A model generated the notes under the pieces. The model saw nothing but the letters and a program-made list of their open reading frames with translations, did not search any database and was not told where the DNA came from. A stretch of DNA of 64,000 bases from Lingula anatina (taxonomy: Eukaryota > Animalia > Brachiopoda), in assembly GCA_051362555.1 (NCBI GenBank), contig CM120641.1:2666001-2730000 (forward strand), given 5' to 3'. Each line of letters starts with the position of its first letter. Within the stretch, counting starts at the first letter, position 1. This document shows, piece after piece, positions 32,601 to 44,000 of this stretch. The translations under genes and the position numbers were made by a program.

Positions 32601-32958
32601 TACTATATTTTGCTTTTATATCCCCCTATTTTATTTGAGATTACCCTTTCATGTGTTTACTTGCAACTGGACTTGTGTTATCAAGTGTATTGCGCTGTGT
32701 TGCGCTGTATTGCAGTGTATTGCGCATTTCAGTCACACCCTCAGAACCAATTTTTTGGTGGAAACCTCCCTCTGACTCGAGTACCGCTCTGACTCTGCTT
32801 CGTGCATGCTTCAGCAACTCCATACGGCATAAGAGTCGACAAGTTCAGTCCAGCTTTAATGGCATATAAACTATATAATAAGGCGCATACCTCTTTTCAT
32901 TTCCTCGCCCATAGTCCACATGTACAAGTAACAAGGTAACAAGCAGAACAGAAATCAT
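26611..32958 (-). CDS. DEX1 (Defective in Exine Formation 1)-like FG-GAP/VCBS repeat type I membrane protein, ~13 exons
   Basis: Signal peptide MISVLLVTLLLVHVDYG (exon 32958-32891). Further exons approx. 31929-31703, 31461-31354, 31153-31044, 30750-30620, 30284-30154, 29730-29554, 29269-29073, 28656-28528, 28187-27897, 27466-27349, 27210-27052, 26752-26611. Repeated D-x-N/D-x-D-G Ca-binding loops (DVNGDG, DIDGDG, DLDQDG, DVNLDG, DVDGNG). [39 protein letters not shown] closely resembles the plant DEX1 block as I recall it. C-terminal TM WLLFSPFAATMVILLFLYG. Confidence 0.85.
28395..28422. repeat. Perfect 28-bp palindrome
   Basis: TTATGTGCAATGTTAACATTGCACATAA equals its own reverse complement. 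Confidence 0.95.
32023..32184. mobile_element. Possible small TAG...CTA-ended MITE (Academ-like termini)
   Basis: Left end TAGATCGACCTAACTCCTTGGGGG; reverse complement of right end TAGATCGATCTATCCCTGTGGGGA. No TSD seen. Confidence 0.35.
32273..32740. mobile_element. Foldback MITE, copy 1 (intron 1 of the DEX1-like gene)
   Basis: ~57-bp TIR GGTGTGACTGAAATGCGCAATACA... / ...TGTATTGCGCATTTCAGTCACACC. Nearly identical to 58823-59291. No TSD at this copy. Confidence 0.92.
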
Positions 32959-35900
32959 TAAACTATATTTTGTAAATAAAACTACCGACTAGAACATCAC
33001 TACGAAATTAGGCACATGCATTTCTCATTCTCCTAATATGAAAGAGCGCGCAATATGTCAAGAAAAGCTAACGGCTGAAATGGACTAACGTTCAGACGGG
33101 ATTATCAATCTTTCAGATATATAAGTTTGTAATCATTAAAACATTTTGTCATAGCCTTTGTGGTTCTTTGACTGCATAGGAAGAACTATAGGATATCATA
33201 CTTTTCAATTTTATTGCTACCACTTAATGAAAATGTTAAAATACAGTATCTGTAAAAAAAAAATTCCCCATTGAAAATCTCGAGTCTTTACCGTAACTCT
33301 TGTTAACAGTCTTATCACTGGGACGTACATGAAAATGAAAACAACTACACCTCCAATGCAACCACAATGAATTAATTTTATTCAGTAGATTATCATACTT
33401 TTAAAAACTCATTGTCGCACTATTTTACCAAGCATGTCCTTGTAATTGTCCCTCTGCACGACAACAGTGATTTTAATCACTATTTAATTAAGTTATACGC
33501 TATTGTTTTAGTTAAATCATTAAATGTCGAACATACCAGAAATGCATTGTTTGAGGCCAACTTGCCTCACAAATGATAATAGTCACGAGTACGTAATAGG
33601 CCTAAAGTTAAATCAAATTTAGTCCAGATTACAGTTCAAATAGCCCGTATTATGTTTTCATTCCCGTGTAGTTGTCCATTTAAAAAGTCAACTTCGTCTT
33701 TAGAAGTGTGGCCTGAAGAAACCAGCGCCTTTGGCTATGGGCTGCCCCAGGTTTGACACTGACTGTCATATTAAACGTTTTCAATTACTTTCTTTCCGTA
33801 GACACAAAACAAATACCAAGGCAGAGAGACCCTTTTTTCAAATGTAAAAAAGAAGAATACAACAAAGGCTAACATAACAACGGAGGGTGAAATACTTCAT
33901 ACAAGTTTTCTTCTATAGGATGATATAATAGCTCAGTTTACATAAGAAATGCCGTACCTGTGCCTACAGGGATTTTGACGATGCGACTACGCCTACATTT
34001 ACAGGCACCATTATTTCAGTACATTGGTGCAATTGTAATTTTATGGAATTCAACCAAAACCTTAAATCTACTTTATCTGTCTTAATTTTACGTTTTACGT
34101 CAACAAATATGGCATTTGGTCACATGACCCTTGTTACTAATTAACTCCTCCCCACAACAACAACATTCAATTATCTTTAAATACCATTCGATCATTACAT
34201 CTGCTTTCTTAAAAACCTTTTAAGGCCCGCAGACGTCCACGGGCAGACGCAACACACGGTAACCATAATGACTGTTTAACTTTTTCATTCGATGGCGCTT
34301 ACACAACTGCATTTCAAATTGCTAAATTGTGATCGACTTTAGAGAAATAGGCCTACATATACGATTGAGTGAGTGGGCATGTAACAATTTTGTCCGTGTT
34401 CAGAGCGGTTTTAAGAAATACCGCTTATATTCTAACTCCTGGAAGTAGGCACTTGATAGCACCGCCCCACACCGCTATGTTCTTTATCTACATCCACTAC
34501 ATTGGGTTGGATTGCAGAGGGAATTCGGTTGTCCATTTTCTCTAGCGAGTGGCATGGACCCATCTGGAATCTTACTCTTACTGATAATAATGATAAAAAA
34601 GAAGTTAAGAACAAGAGAAGAAAAAAAAGAAAAGCAGATAAAATATTTTAAATAAATACCAATAATAGGTTCAAACGGATTCTTGCGAAGATTGCGCTGT
34701 AATATATATATAGTACGCTGCTTTTGGTACGCCCGAAGAGCCTGCAATTTAAAATATTATCATATCAATATAAACTTTATTTGTTTATTTTACTACCATT
34801 ATTTTTAATTGCACCCACGTCAGCCACAGGGTGTTGGAGAACATTAAAATGAACTCCCATGGGGCATTTTTATTGCTCTGGAAGCACATAGAAATTAAAA
34901 ATTAAACATTAGACATTAAAGATTAAGAAAATATTCATTTCCATTGTTTTCCACGGGGTTGCAAGCTGCCCATTGTTTCTATCAGACTAATATAACTTTT
35001 GATTAACAGAGTTACATGTAAGGCCTACACTGAGAAACAGTTGAAACATGATTCAGACCATCTTTAAACTCTGTATCAGCTCCACCACTTAAATCAGTAG
35101 CGTAAATTTAAAAATTATCGTTCAAATAGATTAATTCGAATATTCTCCTATTTTCCCCAAGTTTTTACATTTTTACATCATTTTCCCGGCGAACATATTT
35201 CAATGAAGAAGTTGAATTTTGCTTTTGATTTTTTTCTTGTCTATCCTACATGTACGTGTACTTTTAAGTAAAAAAGTTAAAACTTCAAGTCAGTAGAGTG
35301 TTTCAGAAAGTGACACCGGATATTAAGCCTCAGGGCATCGTTCCAGACTCATTCGATCACCAAATTCAATCACGCGTTTCTAAAACGTCAAATTCAACAA
35401 GAAAAGTCATTATGGTTCGCCTTAGACTAAAAAGCATAAGTTCAATATCATATCCAAGACTAAATCAATCGCGTATCGCTCCAAATACAAAAAGTCAGCT
35501 CATTGTTTCGGTTCAAAGTTATTATATCCCTGGTATCAAATAACAATAAAGTAGAATGTTTGCAAACACAAATACTACATGAACCACAAGCCTTTGTGCT
35601 CGCTCACGTTCCGCAAGCATACCACGCGATTTGTGGTCAAAAAGTAAATAGTAGAATTCCAAAATCGTATAAGACTCTTGAAAGTCAACAGACGATCATT
35701 AAACCGCTTCAGATGGGGACAGAAGAGGCAGAAAAGCGCTTTGTATAATGATTTATCTGTGCGTCGAGCGTTATGAAAAGGATCAAGTTGCATTCAGTAG
35801 TGTAATTGCCCAGAAGCAGAAGGTTTTAATAAATTGCTGTGAACGAGGATCAGTCTCTTCTATATCCTCTCTCGACATAAACCAACACTACTTCAGTCTA

Positions 35901-36046
35901 CTTAATAGACGTCAAATTTACAAATCATAAGTCTTGTCCATATCCCCCTTTTTAATATTCACTTTTTAAAAGATCACAAAATAACTTTATGCAATAAATG
36001 TAGACTGATAATTTGGACCTGTTAATATAATAAATGAACTTAGTAT

Positions 36047-36660
36047 TGTAACGATTTTACATAGCCTTAAAATTCATGGTAAAATTGCCGCAGTAAGCTT
36101 TAGCCTTTTGTTTACATTCTTGTGTGTGTTGAACTTTGAACCTTAAGTTGGAATGGCTTGTAAGTGGTATCAGTTTACGAAAGAGGGGATTGTGGTGTCC
36201 AGTAGAGGGGTTGGCGGTCAACCATTCAAGGCCGTCCACTTTTACTCTGGCTGCCAGTCAAAGTAGCAGTGAACCATTCAAGGCCGTCCACTTTTGAAAT
36301 GTATAAATACAGCTGCTCTTCGCAGTGTTGTTCAGTTAGAGTTCAGTTAGAGTTACTGTAGAGTATAGTGGCAGTACTCAGTGAGAGTATAGTGTCAGAC
36401 TTAGTTTCACAACTTAGTTTGAGTCAGTTTCGCAATATAGTTCCAGTTAGTTTATTGTAGCTGAGTTGCAGTTGTTTAAATTAGAAGTGCAGCAGTACAG
36501 CAAGAATAGAGACAGTGTTTAGTAAAAGATACAGAAACATGTACATTTGTGTTGAGAGTTATTCGTAGAAATAAAGTTTACAAAACAGAGACCTTGTTTT
36601 GTTGGTGGCAGCGAAGTAAGAGAACCGTACACTGGTGGCAGAAAAACGAAGACCTTTACA
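36047..36660 (+). mobile_element. Solo LTR (Ty3/Gypsy-like), 614 bp
   Basis: Termini TGTAA...TTACA with a 4-bp TSD GTAT (36043-36046 and 36661-36664). 24-bp direct repeat in U3 (36220-36243, 36272-36295), TATAAATA at ~36303, AGT-rich R region, AATAAA at ~36570. Confidence 0.85.
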
Positions 36661-37210
36661 GTATACTCTGCTTCCAAAATGAGAGCTGAACACGTACCAG
36701 CATAAACTCCTTATTATTATTGTTAACAATAATGTATTATTACAGCATTGTACACGGTAGAAGCCCTTTTGTAAGTGATATGTATAATTTATTTTTATTA
36801 TTAAAATATGACACTACTAGGTTTTTTATCTGTGTATGCCTCAAAATAAATTAAGCATAATAATTGCTTTAACTTATACAGATAGCAATGTTCCAAAGAT
36901 GTTTTTACAACGACTACACTACATATGACAACAGAAGGAAAGCATTAAAAAATAATGAATGACTTTAAAAACGAATCGTCTTGGGTTAAATCATGCCCCA
37001 CCTGTCTATGGTATTAAATACTACAGAAAACTAATCAATATCGTTTACATTGAGAAATCGGAAGACGTTCCACTCAAAGACGTCTGGGGGTAGGTTTGCG
37101 AAGGGCGTTTTGGAAAAAATGTGTGATTGATCACAAAACGCCCGAGGGATAATATCTAGACAGTATTGGCGAGAATTCAAATTCAGGTTGACAAATAAAA
37201 TGATTGAAAA

Positions 37211-37213
<3 letters not shown>

Positions 37214-37257
<44 letters not shown>

Positions 37258-37282
37258 AACACACACACAGACACACACACAC
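37214..37282. repeat. (CT)n(CA)n compound microsatellite
   Basis: Directly visible in the sequence. Confidence 0.9.
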
Positions 37283-39689
37283 ATGCATGCACGTACGTAC
37301 GTACGCGTTTATGTGAGTGTGAACATGGGTGCCTGCATGGGTGTGTGCGTGTGTAGGTACATGTTTGTGTGCGCGTGGAAGCGGGCCGTGGGCACTACTT
37401 CTATTAAGTTGAGTTGAAAGAATTGCTAGATCTATCTCCTGCATCTCCCTTTGATTTTGTCTGCTGGTACATATTTAATTTATCTTATTTTATTTTATTT
37501 TATTTTATTTATTAAATAATTTTTTTTTTTTTTTGGGGGGGGGGGGGGTAGTGCTAATGTGCAAAACTAAATTTTCTTCACATCACTCGCCGGGCGGAAT
37601 CTCTCAGTGAGATATTACAATACTGAATATGTCAAATGATATGTTGTAAAGATTCAGAGTTCGTAAAGATTGTGATCAGTTAAGTTAAAAACCTCCCGCC
37701 TCTTGTGTATGTTTTCTAACGCATCCTAACCCTCTTCTATAACAGCTAACCTGTCTGTCCTCAACGCACTATTGTCACTGGCAATGTTAGTCTCAATGGG
37801 GATTCTTTCACAACCACATAAGCAGAACATGAAGAAAATTCTGTCGCAGACGGAAGCTCGACCTGTGTCACCGTATCTATTATTTTTTATAGCCAGACGG
37901 TTACCCGGGATCGATTACTGACTATTGTGTTTGATACTAACACCTTCTCAACTTTTTTTTGTGTTGCTGAAAAATCAGTCTCTCAAGACGCACTGGGATT
38001 GGGTCTAAAAATGAAAACTAAATGGTTAACATTTTTGTTGAGTTCCTATGCAGACAGGCTTTTAGTAAGGATTTTTTTATTAACAAACGACCTCTGTGTC
38101 AAAGGCTTTCAGATAGCCATTAATTTCCAGACCCATGCGCATTATGAAGACGTATCCTATTAGAAAAAAGTAAATCAACTGAACATTTGCTGAGGAGTTT
38201 TTCAAGAGGACACGACGCACACTGTTCCATTGACTGGGAGCAAAGGAAAAGAGCTCTTTTGTTTTGTTGACCCAACTATTTCCCCCTCGAAAATGCTACT
38301 GTTGTGTCAGACACAAAACTGTCTGCCCCGGAACAGAGCGTTTTAACGCTCGCACACTGAAACCATTTCAATTGCACCTTTTTCCTCCCATTCAGATGGC
38401 CCACGGGAACGGGAGCCGTTGAACTTACCTGTAACCATTGTACCCAGGCCCCAAGCAACACCTATGACCCTACACAAAATCCAATCCAAATGTTTGTTCA
38501 GGGTTAATTTCTATTTTCAAACAAGACATCTTACACCATGTTAGTTTCTCCTTCACACGCGAAGCCCCCTTAAGCGCAAACGCGTACAAACAGATAAAGG
38601 ATCATAAAAGTATGATCGGCTTGATTAAGCAAAATTATCGAGGCTCAGTGAAGTGTGCCCGATAGCCAGAGGTAATTCATACACAAGCTATTTCACAATC
38701 TATACATCTGAGAAATTAACTTGTCCGAGCTGGGGTGTCACAGTGGGTTTTTTGTAATAGTTAGCAGAAGTGAGGTGTAATTGTGCGTGTGCACGTGAAA
38801 GGGCGCGGGAAACGATATTGATAGAGAGACAGGATTATACTTTATTTCTTCCAATTTTAAATGAAAGATCTTTATTTTCCACTCATTTATTCTATTTTTA
38901 TTCGGTCTGATTCTTCTACCATTCGTTGAGCTTCAAAGTTTTTCTTTTGGATGATTTCAACAGCTTGGGTGACTTATTTCCAGTGGCAGCTTACACCGTG
39001 AGGATTGATTTCTCTTTAATTGTCGAAGCAGAATTTACGTCACTAACTGCATTAATGTATAGACTGGATCATAATATTTGTACAGACGGAAGTGAAAAAC
39101 CGCAACAGATTTCCCTTATATCAAGCAAAGGAATTCCCCCTACGACCACCGTTCACCTTCTCATAATACTCAGCGATCGCCCTGGAACTTTCTGCCACAA
39201 CCAAAATACTGAAAACTTTAGACACTTGTACCAATAGCGGTTGATTGAAATTGGCATAATCACCCACAAATGTCGCGCCTAATTTGCTTCCAATTACGAG
39301 TGAAAGTTGTTACATTTCATGCAATAAAAGCAGCGAATGTTAGTGATTTTCTAGCGATCTGGTATGTGTTAGGGAATTATATTTGTATTGTTGGGGTGGA
39401 ACTGTGTACTTCACTACCATACAAGCTTTTTCTTCCATGCAATTTCTTGTGCCTTTAGGATTTTTTCTAAGCAGCATCTTACAGCATTGCCCTGTGCTAG
39501 ACGGCAGGTTTAACTTACAATAATCATACACGGAAAAGTCAACATTGCAACGGAATTGATGTCTTGGTCTTTACGTGACTTCTTTTCTATCGCCTTTTTA
39601 TTCTCTCCGAAAACAGTTCGTAAGTAATTTGAACAGGGTAATATTTCTAAAGCCTGAGGGTCTGCAGTTAAGGCATGATACAGACGAGC

Positions 39690-39833
39690 GACTCACTCCC
39701 ACTTTGAGGCGAACATTTGCGCAGGTGCGAGAGTAGGAAAGAGAGAGTCAGAGAGGCTCGGGATCAGAGGACCAAGAGAAGGGAAGGCAACAGGACGGAG
39801 TTTTTCAAACTTGTAAAGAAAGCCTCTAAAAAG
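39690..39833 (+). other. Probable non-coding first exon of the galaxin-like gene
   Basis: Purine-rich, UTR-like stretch ending in an AAG|GTAGG donor at 39833/39834. The first coding exon begins right after a strong acceptor (TTTTTTCTTTCAG|A ATG), so an upstream exon is expected. The start position is a guess. Confidence 0.4.
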
Positions 39834-41009
39834 GTAGGCGAAGTAGATTTTAGATTTTTGATATTTAGAATTGTACAGACTTGAATATGAAAGAAGTTGT
39901 TATTTACAAAAAAAAGGGGAAAAGCGTTAGACTACCAATTCTGTTCTGCACGAATGGAGATTTAAAAAGTTTCCATTTTAATACCATCGTAGGTTAAAAT
40001 GAGATATGGATAATTTTATGATTCAGAAAGGTGTGTTAAGACGTCCATTGTCTGGTTGGTACGCTGAACGTATGCATTTCGCGTAGTTGACTTTCTGCAC
40101 GAATGCGAAAAAAGGGAAGGAAAAAACTTCATCAACCTCATTTTCTCTTTTTTATTTGAGTAAACTAGTCAAAACAACATTTTCTCGCTTTAAACGAATA
40201 AGTTTGCAAAAGATCATCTGTGAGCGCAATGCAGTTTTGTTTCAATTATTACGTGTTGTGCAAGGCCTAAGTGGTTGACGTTATTCGTAGTAAGTTTTGT
40301 TGGTTGAGATCCAGTATCAACAGATTACAAAACGTTCTTGCAAAAGCTGCGGACGCTTAGCAAATTACTTAATGTGTGGAGGACAAGTAAATGCAATCGA
40401 ATTTAAAAGCACTTTACGATTACCGATGCATCAGGAAACGCTCCAAACCTGTATATTTTCAACTCGAAGAGGCCTCCACTCATTTCTCTGTTAGCTGTTT
40501 ACATATCTGTGAATTAACCAAGTAGAAAGTGCCACTTTTTTCGTTCAGTTCAAAGTAATGTAGCATGAAAGAGTAAGACAGACATTCATTCGGAAGAGGC
40601 GGGCTTGATCTCGGCGGGGTATACAAAGCATACTCGTTGCCGCCTCCATTCTACGGGGTGATCGAACTTGTCCCCAGATGTACTGACGAGTCAGTTATTT
40701 GTCGATCCCTCGACCCAAGTAATATCGAATTCTTGTATGTGATCTTCACAGTAAGCTTATGTTACACGTTTGCAGGTAATACAAGTACGTAACATACAAA
40801 ATAACATTTTTCATTTATTTGGCGGGACAAAAACATATGACTGAGGGGTCATATCAATATACCAGTGCATTGTACTGTGTAAACTGATCAAACACATTTG
40901 ACTTCTGTGAATGCCTGGTCATGATGGCATAACACCGACCATTTTTATAGCCATCAGGTGTTGGACCGTTATTCTCTTAAGCTTATTTGCAGAGGTTTTT
41001 TCTTTCAGA

Positions 41010-44000
41010 ATGGCAGGAGGACTGAATGCCCCCACCCTGGCTACGGTAATGAGACTGCTCTCCGTGAGCCTGGTTCTCCTCCTCGTGGTTTCGCCCACCT
41101 CCACGCGACACCATGGGTACTCTTACTTCCAGCGAACACCCTGTGAGTAGCCCTTTCTTTAGTTTTGATTTTTTTCCCTTTTCCTTCCATCTGATCACAA
41201 AAAGGCAGCACTGTACATCTGTAGCGAATTCAAGGGGTACACGTGCTCACATTTCACTTAAAGATAATCGCATTATCATATAAGCTTAAAACGAAAATGT
41301 AAATGGAGTGGATGAATTCGTTGTAATATGGAAAAAAATCCAACATTTTTATAAGATTTATACTTTTTACTTTTGAAGATCAAACTCACTACGTATCATG
41401 TAATGCCCATAATTTGAAATATTGCACACGGTTTTAAGGGGATAGGGAGTAACCTATGACAGTATGTATTGTTGAGTAATAATGCTAAAGATTTGTTTTC
41501 ATTTAATTTCGATCTTTTATTTCAAATTTTACGCTGCCGCAGGCAGTGGAATCGATGTCATTCAGAATTGTGAAATAGATTGGCAGAGATAAGCTCCGGA
41601 AGCAATGTATAGATATGCATCCAGAAGTATAGAGATAGGTTGAAGGATATGTGTTTTAATTCTATACCCCAACGTAACAGCGTGCAGTAAGATGAGAAGT
41701 GTCAAATAATGTGGCGGCAGGTTTAACTAATGTTTTGATATAATTTACTAGCAACTTAAAGAACAGGCAATCATAAGCACGGAATTGTCTGCCGTAGCAT
41801 TAGCCAGCAGTGTTATGTTTGTTTTGACGATTGTATAACGATTTCGATACACACTGGTATTTTATGATATGGTCATTTTTCACGGACCTTTTCAGACTTC
41901 GACGCTCCATACTACCTTAGAACCAGAGCTAGAGCAAACAAATATCACAAGCGATTTGACTTGTCCGAATGTTAGCGCCCCTAAATAATCAAATTTTAAG
42001 AAATAACATTTTGACTTAATGTCTATGTTTGGGATATTTAAGTAAGCAAGTAGACGACTGGTTTGAGGTTTCTAATGCAGGAGCGGACTAAAAGGAGTGC
42101 GCGCACCCAAGGCGTGCATTATTTTCCCGAAAAATGGACCCCAAAGGACCAGCGTAACGCAGAAATCTCCATATTTGAGGGTGTGCACTTTCCATTAAAT
42201 CTGCTATTTCATCAAATGCAGAAACTCATTTGGAAAACTCTATGCATTAAGTCTAGTGACGATAACGACATTAAGTGCATGACCGAGGAATTAGGGTGAT
42301 AAAATCAACCGGGTTAACAAATCATCATAAATGCTATTTCATCATATAGAAAAATGCGGTTACCCTTGTGCCCTTAACTTTTCTGACCTTGGAGTCAGCC
42401 TTAGTTCTGATGTATTGATAACTCCAGACTGGAAGTCAGACATCAGAGTGGAGAGTGAAAGTCAAAGGTGAGCTCTAAACAATCACTCAGCCCAGTCACG
42501 CGAACGACGCAATCGAACCTGCCATTGGATTAGATTGTCCCCATTCAAAAACAAGGCATTATCCATCTTTGTGATGATTTGGGAAAAGGCGCTTGATAAG
42601 TGACTGGGCTTTTGAACCGAGCGTCAAGATGACAAATCCCACGTACAATGACTGCCCATAACTATTTGACTGTGTTTTGAAAGCATTATCAAACTTGGTG
42701 GTGCATTAACTTAAACGCTGGCGTTTCCGTCCCTTCCTCCTTTACGATTCATTTGCTGAATAAAGATCACATCGCACTCCCTTTAGTAAACATCAATGAA
42801 TATATGTACTTCATTGCCTTGCTTATCTTTACAACCAATCACTAACGCGCGTTTGTCTGTTTGTGAGCTTTGAGTTATAAATATATGCAATTTCTCTGGA
42901 TAACTTTAACATCTTAACCCCAAGACGTATGGGGTTACAGTAGGAAATTCCACTGCAAGTTTTTTATACAACAAAACCGTTCAATTGAGCTTACATTCAC
43001 TCATGTGTGAGCCACATTTCTCTCACTCCTATTGTCTATGGGTTTTGATTGAAGGTGTAAGTGTGAGGTGAAAGCACTGGTCTTTTATTTTGACCCACCT
43101 GGTTTTCTCAGGTATAACATTAATGGTGCCTGATTCGCAGCTTTGCACAGTTGACCTACAGACGACAGAAATCAAGTGCACTTTTTCAGCTGAATATTTG
43201 TAATTTTCCGAACATTTTAACATTGTTAAATTTGAAAAGATTTACCTTAAACTACCATGTTTAAGTTAACCCCTCCCCACACACTGTCAAACCTGATTAA
43301 ACTATAAGACCGAAAATGTTGCACGAGTAAGTATCCTAAGTACAGATTCTCACTCGGGGCACCCTTAAAGACCGGCAAAAAGTCATATTAATTTCACCAA
43401 ACTTCTGCCACTTGTCACAGGTCCGTCTTACAGTGAATTGCATATATTAATGACGTAAGAAACAATTACATTACTCTAGAGTATTTCTAAGAAAGCTGCT
43501 TAAATATTCACGTATTTTAACTACTTGTTTTTGCGCTGGAGGTTGACAAAACAAGAGACTGTCAAAATTCTACAATATCTCATGCTCACAGTTGTAATAT
43601 TTTCTTTAATCTATTCTATTCTTCAGCAAACTTAGAAGGCACTTCTTTCATCAAACATATCTAATATCCCGGGGTAAGAAATACATAATGACAATCATGA
43701 AATAACCGTCTTATTCCTAGGGCGGGTTATGTCAATTTGATTGAATGTGGCGGAGAAATGACTTGTCCAAATTTGATCAGTATCGCAAAACAGAAACTCA
43801 ATCGCTCACATTTACTTACCAGAAACAAATGCCTCGTCGATGACAATAATGGTATTTTGGGGGGGGTTTAAACTTTAAGAGGCAATACTTGACACTTGTT
43901 TTGCGCACCATTGTGACAAATAAATTGACACTAAAGCCCCGGAGACAACATTAGGAAACAACCAACCGCTCAGGTTTTTCAGTGAAAGGTTGGTATCAAG

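Noticed and set aside
32575-32869. Cys-rich short ORFs repeated at 59149-59383
   Set aside because: These are translations of the foldback MITE TIR, not a gene duplication.
37840-37915. Possible decayed tRNA-derived SINE (similar hints near 40260, 40600 and 52060)
   Set aside because: No clear A-box/B-box pair or cloverleaf can be supported by eye.
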